DNA of 64,000 nucleotides, from assembly GCF_009914755.1 (NCBI RefSeq), contig NC_060931.1, one strand, 5' to 3'. This stretch comes from the human T2T-CHM13v2.0 reference genome, Homo sapiens. Position 1 is the stretch's first letter. Every line of letters begins with the position of its first letter. The notes beneath the pieces are model-generated. The model saw only the letters and a list, made by a program, of their open reading frames with translations, did no database searches and was not told the DNA's origin. Position numbers and translations under genes: made by a program. Shown here piece after piece: positions 43,542 through 56,500 of the stretch.

Positions 43542-43563
43542 GGAATGGAATTGATTCCATTGC
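43542..43563. other. Inversion junction J4 (G-to-C switch), paralogous to J2
   Basis: ggaatggaat-TG(43552-43553)-attccattgc. Flanks match those of J2 (gagttgaatgtaaaggaa.ggaataaaatgg...ggaattgattccatt). Confidence 0.95.
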
Positions 43564-46500
43564 ATTCCATTCCACTCGTGTTGATTCCATTCCATTCCAT
43601 TCTATTCCATTCCATTTCATTCCATTCCACTCGGGTTTATTCCATTCCAATCCACTCCATTCCGTTCCATTCCATTCCACTAAGTTCCATTCCATTCCAT
43701 TCCACTCCATTCCATTCCATTCCATTCCATTCCATTCCATTCCACTCTGGTCCATTCCATTCCATTCCATTCCATTCCATTCCATTCCATTCCATTACAT
43801 TACATTCCACTTGCCTGGATTCCATTCCATTCCATTCCTTTCCATTCCATTCCATTCCATTCCATTCCACTTCATTCCATTCCATTCCATTCCATTCCAT
43901 TCCATTCCATTCCATTCCATTCCATTCCATTCCATTCCATTTCATTCCATTTCATCCCATTCCTTTTCATTCCATTCCATTCCATTCCATTCCATTCCAT
44001 TCCATTCCACTCTTTCCATTCCATTCCATTCCACTCTTTCCATTCCATTCCATTCCATTCCACTCTTTCCATTCCATTCCATTCCATCCCATTCCACTGC
44101 CCTCCTTTCCATTCCATTCCACTCCACTCCATTCCTTTGCATTCCATTCCATTCCATTTCATTGCATTCAACTTGGGTTTATTCCATTCCATTCCACTCC
44201 ATTCCATTCAACTCCATTCCTCTCAACTCCACTCCATTCCATTCCATTCCATTCTACTCCGTTCAAAACCATTCCGCTCGGTTTGATTCCATTGCATTCC
44301 ATTCCATTCCATTCCATTCCATTCCATTCCATTCCATTCCACTCTGGTTTATTCCATTCCATTCCAATCCATTGCATTCCATTCCAATCAATTCCATTCC
44401 ATTCCATTCCACACGGGTTGAATCCATTCCATTCCATTCCATTCCACTCTATTCCATTCTGTTCCATTCCATTCCATTTCATTCCATTCCATTCCACTCA
44501 GGTTGATTCCATTCCGTTCCATTCCATTCCATTCCATTCCATTCCACTCGTGCTGATTCCATTCCATTCAATTCCATGGCATTGCATTGCATTCCATTCC
44601 ATTCCATTCCATTCCATTCCATTCCACTCGTGTTGATTCCCTTCCAGTGCATTGCATTACTTTCCACACTATTCCATTCCATTCCTTTCCAATTTATTCC
44701 ATTCCAATTCAGTTTAATCCATTGCATTCCAATCCATTCCATTCCATTCCGTTCCACTCCACTGCACTCCACTCCATTCCAATCTGTTCCATTCCATTCC
44801 CCTCGGTTTGACTCCGTTCCATTCCATTCTATTCCATTCCATTCCATTCCATTCCATTCCATTCCTTTCCATTCCATTCCTTTCCATTCCACTCTGGTTG
44901 ATTCCAATCCATTCGAATCCATTCAATTCCATTCCATTCCATTCCACTCCATTCCATTCCATTCCATTCCATTCCATTCCATTCCACTCGGATTGAATCC
45001 ATTCCATTCCATTCCACTCCATTCTATTACTTTCCATTCCATTCCTATCCATTCCATTCCACTCGGGTTCTATCCATTCCGTTCCATTCCTTTAAATTCC
45101 ATTCCGTTCCATTCCACTCCATTCCACTCGGGTTCATTACATTCCCTTCCATTCCACTCCATTCCATTCCATTCCACTCCATTCCATTTCTTTCCATTCC
45201 CTTCCATTCTACTCCATTTCTTTCCATTCCAATCCATTCCATTCCATTCAATGTCATTCCATTCCAATCCATTCCATTCCACTCAGGCTGATTCCATTCC
45301 TTTCCATTCCATTCCACGCCTTTTCAGCGCATTCCATTCCATTGCATTCCATTCCATACATACCTTGCCATTTCATTCCATTCCAGATGTTTCTATTCCA
45401 TACCATTGTATTCCATTCCATTCCATTACAGTTGGTTCCATTTCATTGCATTCCATTGCATTCCATTCCATTCCACTCCATTCTATTCCACTCCATTCCA
45501 TTCCATTCAACACGGGTTGGTTCCATTCCATTCCATTCCATTCCAATCCATTCCATTCCTATTTTTTCCATTCCGTTCCTATTGTCTCCATTCCATTCCA
45601 CTGTGGTTGATTCGATTCCATTCCATTCTATTCCATTCTATTCCATTCCATTCCATTACATACCATTGAATTCCATTCCATTCCATACCATTCAATTGCA
45701 TTCCATTAAACTTGATTTCATTCCATTCCATTCCATTCCACTCGGGTTTATTCCATTGCATTTCATTCCATTCCATTCCATTCCATTCCATTCCAATCCA
45801 TTCCATTCCATTCCATTCCGTATGATTCCAGTCCATTCTATTGCATTCAATTCGAATCGTGTTTATTCCATTCCATTTTTTTTCCATTGTATTCCATTCC
45901 ATAACATTCCATTCCTATTGGGTTGATTCCATTCCAGTGCATTCCATTCCGTTCCACTCTATTCCATTCCAATCTATTCAATTCCATTCAACTCCCCTCT
46001 GGTTGATTCCATTCCATTCCATTCTACTTCATTCCATGCCATTCCATTCCTTTTCATTCTATTCCAGTTGAGTTTATTCCATTCTATTCCACTCCATGGC
46101 ATTCCGTTCCATGCCACTCCATTTCATTCAATTCCATTTCATTCCACTCGTGCTAATTGCATTCAATCCCATTCCTCTCCATTCCCTTCCATTCCATTCC
46201 ATTCCTTTCCATTCCATTCCATTCCACTCTGGTTGATGCCATTCCATTCCAATCCATTCCATTCCATTCCATTCCATTCCACTCCATTCCACTCCATTCC
46301 ACTCTGGTTGATTCCATTCCATTCCAACCCATGCCATTCCATTCCATTCCATTCCACTCCATTCCACTCCATTCCATTCCATTCCATTTCATTCCATTCC
46401 AATCGGGTTGATTCCATTCAATTCCAATTCTTTCCATTCCATTCCATTCCATTCTATTCCATTCCACTCGGGGTGATTCCATTCCATTCCATTCCATTCC

Positions 46501-49500
46501 ATTCCATTCCATTCCATTCCAATCCATTTCATTCCATTCCTTTGCATTCCCTTCCATTCTATTCCATTCCACTCATGTTGATTCCATTCCCTTCCTTTCT
46601 ACTTCCTTCCTTGCCATTCCATTCCATTTCATTCCATTCCACTCAGGTTTATTCCATTCCATTCCTCTCCATTCCATTCCATTCAATGCCACTCCAATGC
46701 CCTCCAATCCATTCCATTCCATTCCATTCCATTCCATTCCATTCCATTCCATTCCATTCCATTCTACTCCACACAATTCCATTCCACTGCACTCCATTCA
46801 ATTCCATTCCACTCCATTCCATTCCGTTCCATTCCATTTCTCTCTGGTTGATTCCGTCCCATTCCATTCCAATCCATTCCATTCAGATCCACTCTGGTTG
46901 ATTCCATTCCATTCCATTCCGTGCCATTTCAGCCCATTTCATTCCATTGCTTTCCATTCCATTCCATACCTATCCATTATATTCCATTCCAGATTATTCT
47001 ATTCCATTCCATTCTATTCCATTCCATTCCATTACAGTTGGTTCCATTTCATTGCATTCCACTGCATTTCATTCCATTGCACTCCATTCTATTCCACTCC
47101 ATTCCATTCCATTCCACACGGGTTGACTCCTTTCCATTCCATTCCAATCCATTCTGTTCCATTCCACTCAGGTTGATTCCATTCCCGTCCATTCCACTTC
47201 ATTCCATTCCACTCCATTCCTTGCCATTATTTTCCATTCCATTGAATTCCATTCAATTCCATTCCATTCCATTCCATTCCATTCCATTCCATTCCATTCC
47301 ATTCGGGTTGATTCCATTCCATTCCATTCCACTCGGGTTGATTCCATTCCATTCCATTCCGTTCCATTCCATTAGATTCCATTCCATTCTATTCCATTCC
47401 GTTCCATTCCATTTCATTCCATTCCATTTGACTCATGTTGATTCCATTCCATTCCATTCCAATCCATTCTATTCTACTCCATTACACTCGGGTTGATTCT
47501 ATTCCATTCCATTAAATTCCATTCCATTCTTGGAGATTCCATTCCATTCCATTCCGTACAATTTCATTCCATTCCATTCCATTCCATTGCATTCCATTGC
47601 ATTCCATTCCGGTTTTTTGCATTCCATTCCATTCCACTCTATTCCATACCATTCCATTCCATTCCATGCCACTCTGTTTGATTCCATTCCATTCCATTCC
47701 ATTCCATTTCATTCCACTCGGGATGATTCCATTCCATTCAGTTCCATTCCATTCCATTCTATTCCATACCTTTCCATTCCATTCCATTCAGGATGAATCC
47801 ATTCCATTCCATTCAATTCCATTCCATTCCCTTCCATTCCACTCCATTCCATTCCATTCCATTCCACTCGTGTTGATTCCATTCCATAAAATTCCATTCC
47901 ACTCGGGTTTATTCCATTCAATTCCATTCCATTCCGTTACATTACATTCCATTCGACTCGGGTTGATTCCATTCCATTCCCATCCATTCCATTCCAATCC
48001 TTTCCATTTGTCTCCATTTTATTCCTTTCCATTCCTTTGCATTCCACTTGTGTTGATTCCATCCCATTCCATTCCATTCCATTCCACTGCACTCTGGTTT
48101 ATTCCATTCCATTGCATTCCATTGCATTCTATTGCATTCCATTCTATTCCATTCCATTCCATTCCATTCCATTCCATTCCATTCCGTTGCATTCCATTCC
48201 ATTGCACTTCTTTCCATTCCATTCCACTCCATTCCATTCCATTCAATTCCATTCCATTCCACTCGTGTTGATTCCATTCCATTCCATTCCATTCCATTCC
48301 ATTCCATTCCATTCCCCTCCATTCCAATCCATACCATTGAATTCCATTCCATTCCAGTTGATTCAATGACAAACCATTCCATTGCATTCCATTCTATACC
48401 ATTCCAGTCGTGTTGATTCCTTTCCATTCCATACCATACCTTTCCAGATGATTCGATTCCGTTCTGTTCCATTCCATTCCATTCCATTCCATTCCATTCC
48501 ATTCGGGTTGATTCCATTCCATTCCATTCCATTCCACTCGGGTTGATTCCATGCCATTTCATTCCATTCCATTTCATTCCATTCCATTCCATTGCATTTC
48601 ATTCCGCTCTGGTTGATTCCATTCTATTGCATTCCATTCCATTCCATTCCACTCCATTCTATTCGTTTCCACTCTGGTTGATTCCAATCCTCTCCATTCC
48701 ATTCCTTTCTACTCCATTCTATTCCATTCCATTCCATTCCATTCCACTGTGGTTGATTGCATTCCATTCTTATCCTTTCCATTGTATTCCATTCTACTCC
48801 ATTCGGGCTGTTTCCATTCCATTCCAGTTGATACCTTTCCATTCCATTCCATTCCAATCCTGTTAATTCCATTCCATTACATCTTATTCCATTGCATTCC
48901 ATTCCATTCCTTTCCATTGCAATCCATTCCACTCGTGAAGATTCCATTTCATTCCTTTCCTTCCCTTACCAGTTGATTCCATTCCATTCCATTCCATTCC
49001 ATTCTATTCCATTCCTTTCCATTCCATTCCATTCTATTCCATTCCATTCCATTCCACTCGAGTTGATTCGATTCGATTCCATTCGATTCTATTCCATTCC
49101 ATTCCACTCGTGTTGCTTCCATTGTATTGCCTTCAATTCCATCCCATTCCATTCCATTCAACTCGAGTTGATTCCATTCTATTCCACTCCTTTCCATTCC
49201 ACTCGGGTTGATTCCATTATATTCCTTTCCATTCCACTCTGGTTGATTCCATTCCATTCCATTTCAATCCATTCCAATCCATTCGATTCCATTCTATTCC
49301 ATTCAGGTAGATTCCATTTCTTTCCTTTCCATTCCATTCCATTCCGTCCCATTCCAGTCAGGTTGTTGACATTCCATTCCATTCAATTCCATTCCATTCC
49401 ATTCCACTCAATTCCATTCCATTCCATTCCACGACATTATATTCCATTCCATTGCATTCCATACCATTTCATTTCATTCCATTCCATTCCATTCCATTCC

Positions 49501-50599
49501 ATTCCATTCCATTCCATTCGTGTTGATTCCATTCCATTCCATACGTTTCCATTCCATTCTGTTTGGTTTCATTACATTCCTTTCCATTCCATTCCGTTCC
49601 ATTCCATTCCATTCCATTCCATTCCATTCCATTCCACACGAGTTGATTCAATTCTATTCCATTCCATTCCATTCCATTCCACTCCCGTTGATTCCATTCC
49701 ATTGAATTCCGTTCCATTCACTGGGCTTGGTTTCATTCCATTCCAATCCATTCCATTCTATTCCACTCCACTCCACTTGGCTTGATTCCTTTCAATTCCA
49801 GTTGATTCCATTCCATTCCTTTCCATTCCTGTTAATTCCATTCCATTCCATTCTATTCCATCCATTCCGATCCATTGCATTCCATTCCACTCGGGTTGAT
49901 TCCAGTCCATTCCATTCCTTTGCATACTGGTTGATTCCAATTCATTCCATTCCATTCCATTCCATTCCATTTCACTTGGGTTGATTCCATTCCATCCCAT
50001 TCCATTGCATTCCATTCCATTCCATTCCATTCCATTCCATTCCATTCCATTCCATTCCTTTCCATTCCATTCCACTCGAGTTGTCTCCATTCCCTTCCAT
50101 TCCATTCCATTCAAATCCAATCCGTTCAATTCCATTCCATTCCTTTCCATTCTATTCCACTCGGTTTGTTTCCATTCCATTCCATTCCATTCCAATCCAA
50201 TCCGTTCAATTCCATCCCATTCCTTTCCATTCCATTCCACTCGGTTTGTTTCCCTTCCATTCCACTCCTTTCCATTCCATTCCATTAAAGTTGTTTCCAT
50301 TCCATTTCGTTGCTTTCCATTCCATTCCAATCCTTTCCACTCGAGATGATTCCATTCCATTCTATTCCATTCCATTCCATTCCTTCCCATTCCACTTTGT
50401 TTGACTGCATTCCATTCCTTTCCATTGCATTCCATTCCATTCCACTCGGTTTGATTCCATTTGATTCTATTCCATTGCGTTCCATTCCATTGCATTACAT
50501 TCCAGATGCTTCCATTCCATTCCATTGCAATCCATTCTGGTTGATTCCATTCCATTCCATTCTGTCCCATTCCATTCCATTCCGTACCATGTGGGTTGA

Positions 50600-53500
50600 T
50601 GCCATTCAATTCAACTCCATTCCATTCCATTCCACTCCATTGCATTCCGTTCCATTCCATTCCACTTAGGTTGATTCCATTCCATTCTATTCCATACCAT
50701 TGCATTCCATTCCACTCGTTTTGATTCCATTCCATTAAATTACATTCCCTTCCATTCCATTCCAATCAAGTCCATTCCATTCCACTCAAGTAGATTCCAT
50801 TCCTTTCGAATCCATTCCATTCCATTCCATTCCATTCCATTCCATTCCATTACATTACATTACATTACATTACATTACATTACCTACCATTCCATTCCTC
50901 TCGGGTTGATTCCATTCCTTTCCATTCCATTCCTTTCCATTCCATTGCATTCCATTCCACTCCATTCCATGCCACTCGGGTTGATTCCATTCCACTCCAA
51001 TCCATGCCACTCCGTTTGATTCCATTCCATTCCATTCCACTTGGGTTGATTCCATTCCATTCCATTCCATTCCCTTGTATTCCATTTCATTGCATTCCAT
51101 TCCATTCCATTCCATTCCATTCCACTTGGGTTGATTCTATTCCATTCCTTTAAATTCCATTCCCTTCCATTCCATTGCATTGCATTCCATTCCATTCCAT
51201 TGCATTCCCTTCCATTCCATTCCACTTGGGTTGATTCCAATCCATTCCATTCCATCCCATTCCATTCCAGTCCACTTGGGTTGATTCCAATCCATTTTAT
51301 TCCATTCCATTCGATTCCATTCCATTCCATTCCATTCCATTCCATTCCATTCCATTCCATTGCATTCCATTCCATTCCATTCCATTGCATTCCATTCCAT
51401 TCCATTTCATTCCATTCCATTGAATTCCATTGCATTCCATTCCATTGCATTGCATTCCATTCCATTCCATTCCATTCCATTGCATTGCATTCCATTCCAT
51501 TCCATTGCTTTCCATTCCATTCCATTCCACTTGGGTTGATTCCAATCCATTCCATTCCATCCCATTCCATTCCATTCCACTTGGGTTGATTCCAATCCAT
51601 TTTATTCCATTCCATTCAATTGCATTCCATTCCATTCCATTCCATTCCATTCCATTCCATTGCATTCCATTCCATTGCATTGCATTCCATTCCATTCCAT
51701 TGCATTCCATTCCATTCCATTCCACTTGTGTTGATTCCAATCCATTCCATTCCATCCCATTCCATTCCATTCCACTTGGGTTGATTCCAATCCATTTTAT
51801 TCCATTCCATTCAATTGCATTCCATTCCATTCCATTCTATTCGATTCCATTCCATTGCATTGCATTCCATGCCATTCCATTGCATTCCATTCCATTCCAT
51901 TCCACTTGGGTTGATTCCAGTCCATTCCATTGCATTCCATTCCATTCCATTCCACTTGGGTTGATTCCAATCCATTTTATTAACTTTCCATTCAATTCCA
52001 TTCCATTCCATTCCATTCCATTGCATTCTATTCTATTGCATTCCATTCCAGTTGATTCCATTCCTTTCCATTCCAATTCCATTCAACTACATTCCACTCC
52101 ATTCCATTCCATTCGGGTTTATACCATCCCATTCCATTCCATTCCATTCCATTCCATTCCATTCCATTCCACTTGGGTTGATTACATTCAATTGCATTTC
52201 ATTCCATTGAATTACATTCCATCCCATTCCATTTCATTTGATTCCATTCCATTGTATTCCATTCCATTTGATTCCAATCCATTCCATTCCATTCCACTCC
52301 ATTGCATTCCGTTCCATTCCATTCCATTCCACTTAGGTTGATTCCATTCAATTCTATTCCATACCATTGCACTCCATTCCACTCGTTTTGATTCCATTCC
52401 ATTAAATTCCATTCCCTTCCATTCCATTCCAATCAAGTCCATTCCATTCCATTCCATTCCACTCAAGTAGATTCCATTCCTTTCAAATCCATTCCATTCC
52501 ATTCCATTCCATTCCATTCCATTCCATTCCATTACCTACCATTCCATTCCTCTCGGGTTGATTCCATTCCTTTCCATTCCATTCCTTTCCATTCCACTGC
52601 ATTCCATTCCACTCCATTCCATGCCACTCGGGTTGATTCCATTCCACTCCAATCCATGCCACTCAGTTTGATTCCATTCCATTCCATTCCACTTGGGTTG
52701 ATTCCATTCCATTCCATTCCATTCCCTTGTATTCCATTTCATTGCATTCCATTCCATTCCATTCCATTCCACTTGGGTTGATTCTATTCCATTCCTTTAA
52801 ATTCCATTCCCTTCCATTCCATTGCATTGCATTCCATTCCATTGCATTGCATTCCATTCCATTCCATTGCATTCCATTCCATTCCATTCCACTTGGGTTG
52901 ATTCCAATCCATTCCATTCCATCCCATTCCATTCCATTCCACTTGGGTTGATTCCAATCCATTTTATTCCATTCCATTCAATTGCATTCCATTCCATTCC
53001 ATTCCATTCCATTCCATTCCATTGCATTGCATTCCATTCCATTGCATTGCATTCCATTCCATTCCATTGCATTGCATTCCATTCCATTCCACTTGGGTTG
53101 ATTCCAATCCATTCCATTCCATCCCATTCCATTCCATTCCACTTGGGTTTATTCCAATCCATTTTATTCCATTCCATTCAATTGCATTCCATTCCATTCC
53201 ATTCCATTCCATTCCATTCCGTTGCATTCCATTCCACTTTGGTTGATTCCAATCCATTCCATTCCATCCCATTCCATTCCATTCCACTTGGGTTGATTCC
53301 AATCCATTTTATTCCATTCCATTCAATTGCATTCCATTCCATTCCATTCCATTGCATTCTATTCTATTGCATTCCATTCCAGTTGATTCCATTCCTTTCC
53401 ATTCCAATTCCATTCCACTACATTCCACTCCATTCCATTCCATTCGGGTTTATACCATCCCATTCCATTCCAATCCATTCCATTCCATTCCATTCCATTC

Positions 53501-56500
53501 CATTCCACTTGGGTTGATTACATTCAATTGCATTTCATTCCATTGAATAACATTCCATCCCATTCCATTTCATTTGATTCCATTCCATTGTATTCCATTC
53601 CATTTGATTCCAATCCATTCCATTCCATTCCACTCCATTGCATTCCGTTTCATTCCATTCCATTCCACTTAGGTTGATTCCATTCAATTCTATTCCATAC
53701 CATTGCATTCCATTCCACTCGTTTTGATTCCATTCCATTAAATTCCATTCCCTTCCATTCCATTCCAATCAAGTCCATTCCATTCCATTCCATTCCACTC
53801 AAGTAGATTCCATTCCTTTCCAATCCATTCCATTCCATTCCATTCCATTCCATTCCATTCCATTCCATTCCATTCCATTACATTACATTACCTACCATTC
53901 CATTCCTCTCGGGTTGATTCCATTCCTTTCCATTCCATTCCTTTCCATTCCATTGCATTCCATTCCACTCCATTCTATGCCACTCGGGTTGATTCCATTC
54001 CACTCCAATCCATGCCACTCAGTTTGATTCCATTCCATTCCATTCCACTTGGGTTGATTCCATTCCATTCCATTCCATTCCCTTGTATTCCATTTCATTG
54101 CATTCCATTCCATTCCATTCCATTCCACTTGGGTTGATTCTATTCCATTCCTTTAAATTCCATTCCCTTCCATTCCATTGCATTGCATTCCATTCCATTC
54201 CATTGCATTCCATTCCATTCCATTCCACTTGGGTTGATTCCAATCCATTCCATTCCATCCCATTCCACTCCAGTCCACTTGGGTTGATTCCAATCCATTT
54301 TATTCCATTCCATTCAATTGCATTCCATTCCATTCCATTCCATTCCATTCCATTCCATTCCATTCCATTCCATTGCATTCCATTCCATTCCATTCCATTC
54401 CATTCCATTCCATTCCATTCCATTGCATTCCATTCCATTCCATTGCATTCCATTCCATTCCATTCCACTTGGGTTGATTCCAATCCATTCCATTCCATCC
54501 CATTCCATTCCATTCCACTTGGGTTGATTCCAATCCATTTTATTCCATTCCATTCAATTGCATTCCATTCCATTCCATTCCATTCCATTCCATTCCATTC
54601 CATTCCAATCCATTCCATTCCATTGCATTCCATTCCATTGCATTGCATTCCATTCCATTCCATTGCATTCCATTCCATTCCATTCCACTTGGGTTGATTC
54701 CAATCCATTCCATTCCATCCCATTCCATTCCATTCCACTTGGGTTGATTCCAATCCATTTTATTCCATTCCATTCAATTGCATTCCATTCCATTCCATTC
54801 CATTGCATTCCATTCCATTCCATTCCACTTGGGTTGATTCCAATCCATTCCATTCCATCCCATTCCATTCCATTCCACTTGGGTTGGTTCCAATCCATTT
54901 TATTCCATTCCATTCAATTGCATTCCATTCCATTCCATTCCATTGCATTCTATTCTATTGCATTCCATTCCAGTTGATTCCATTCCTTTCCATTCCAATT
55001 CCATTCCACTCCATTCCACTCCATTCCATTCCATTCGTGTTTATACCATCCCATTCCATTCCATTCCATTCCATTCCATTCCATTCCATTCCATTCCATT
55101 CCTTTCCATTCCATTCCACTCGGGTTGATTCCATTCCATTCCATTCCATTCCATTCCACTCCATTCCATTCCATTCCACTCGACTCTTGTTGGTTCCATT
55201 CCATTCCGTTACATGCCATTCCTTTCTGTTCCAATTGATTTGATTCCATTCCATTCCAATCCATTCCATTCCATTCCATACCTCTCCTTTCCAATATTCC
55301 ATTCCATTCCATTCCATTCCATTCCATTCCTTTTGATTCCATTCCTTTCCTCTCGGTTTGATTCAATTACATTCCATTCCATTCCTTTCCATTCCATTCC
55401 ATTCCATTCCATTCCATTCCATTCCATTCCATTATATTCCATTCCATTCAACTCGGGTTGCTTCCATTCCCTTCCATTCCCTTCCACTCGTGTTGATTCC
55501 ATTCTATTCCATTCCATTCCATTCCATTCCATTCCATTCCATTCCATTCCATTCCATTCCACACGGGTTGATTCCTTTCCATTCCATTCCATTCCATTCC
55601 AATCGGTTTGTTTGCAATCCATTCCATTCCATTCCATTCAATTCCAATCCATTCGACTCTGGTAGATTCCATTCCATTCCAATCCATTCCATTCCATTCG
55701 ACTCGTGTTGATTCCATACCTTTCCATTCCGTTCCATTCCATTTCATTCCATTCCACACGGGTTGATTCCTTTCCATTCCATTCCATTCCATTCCACTCG
55801 GTTTGTTTGCAATCCATTCCATTCCATTCCATTCAATTCCAATCCATTCGACTCTGGTAGATTCCATTCCATTCCAATCCATTCCATTCCATTCCATTCC
55901 ATTCCATTCCATTCCACTCTTGCTGATTCTATACCTTTCCATTCTGTTCCGTTCCATTCCACACGGGTTGATTCCCTTGCATCCCTTTCCATTCCATTCT
56001 ATTGCGTTCCATTCTATTCCATTGCATTCCTTTCCATCCCATTCCATTACACTCGGGTTGATTCTATTCCAATCCATTAAATTCCATTCCACTACATTCC
56101 ACTCCCCTCAGGTTGATTCCATTCCATTCCATTCCATTCAACTCTGGTAGATTCTATTCCATTCCGTTCCAATCCCTCCCATTCCATTCCACTCACGTTG
56201 ATTCCATTCCATTCTATTCCATTCCAAACCTTTCCATTCCATGCCATTCCATTCCATTCCATTCCATTCCACTCGGGATGATTCAATTCCATTCCAATCC
56301 ATTGCATTCCATTCCATTCCATTCCATTCCAATCCATTCCATTCCATTCCACTCGGGTTGATTCCATTCCATTCCATTCCATTCCATTCCATTCCATTCC
56401 ATTCCAATATTTTCCATTCCATTCCATTCCATTCCATTTGATTCCATTCCTTTCCACTCGGGTTCACTCAATTTCATTCCTTTCCATTCCTTAGCATTCC

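Larger units (their letters stand above)
36631..43551 (+). repeat. HSat3 block 4b: G-rich on +, decamer-containing
   Basis: GGAAT repeats with TCAACCCGAGTGG from ~36721 up to the strand switch at 43552. Confidence 0.93.

Noticed and set aside
11955-43560. Junctions creating canonical heat-shock elements (alternating nGAAn/nTTCn)
   Set aside because: The TTC-GAA gap is 5 nt at J1/J3 and the GAA-TTC gap is 4 nt at J2/J4. A canonical HSE needs a 2-nt gap, so these are out of phase.
43425-44636. Longest ORF (403 aa), switching from MEWNG to IPFHS
   Set aside because: It simply reads through inversion junction J4, and its length reflects local repeat purity.
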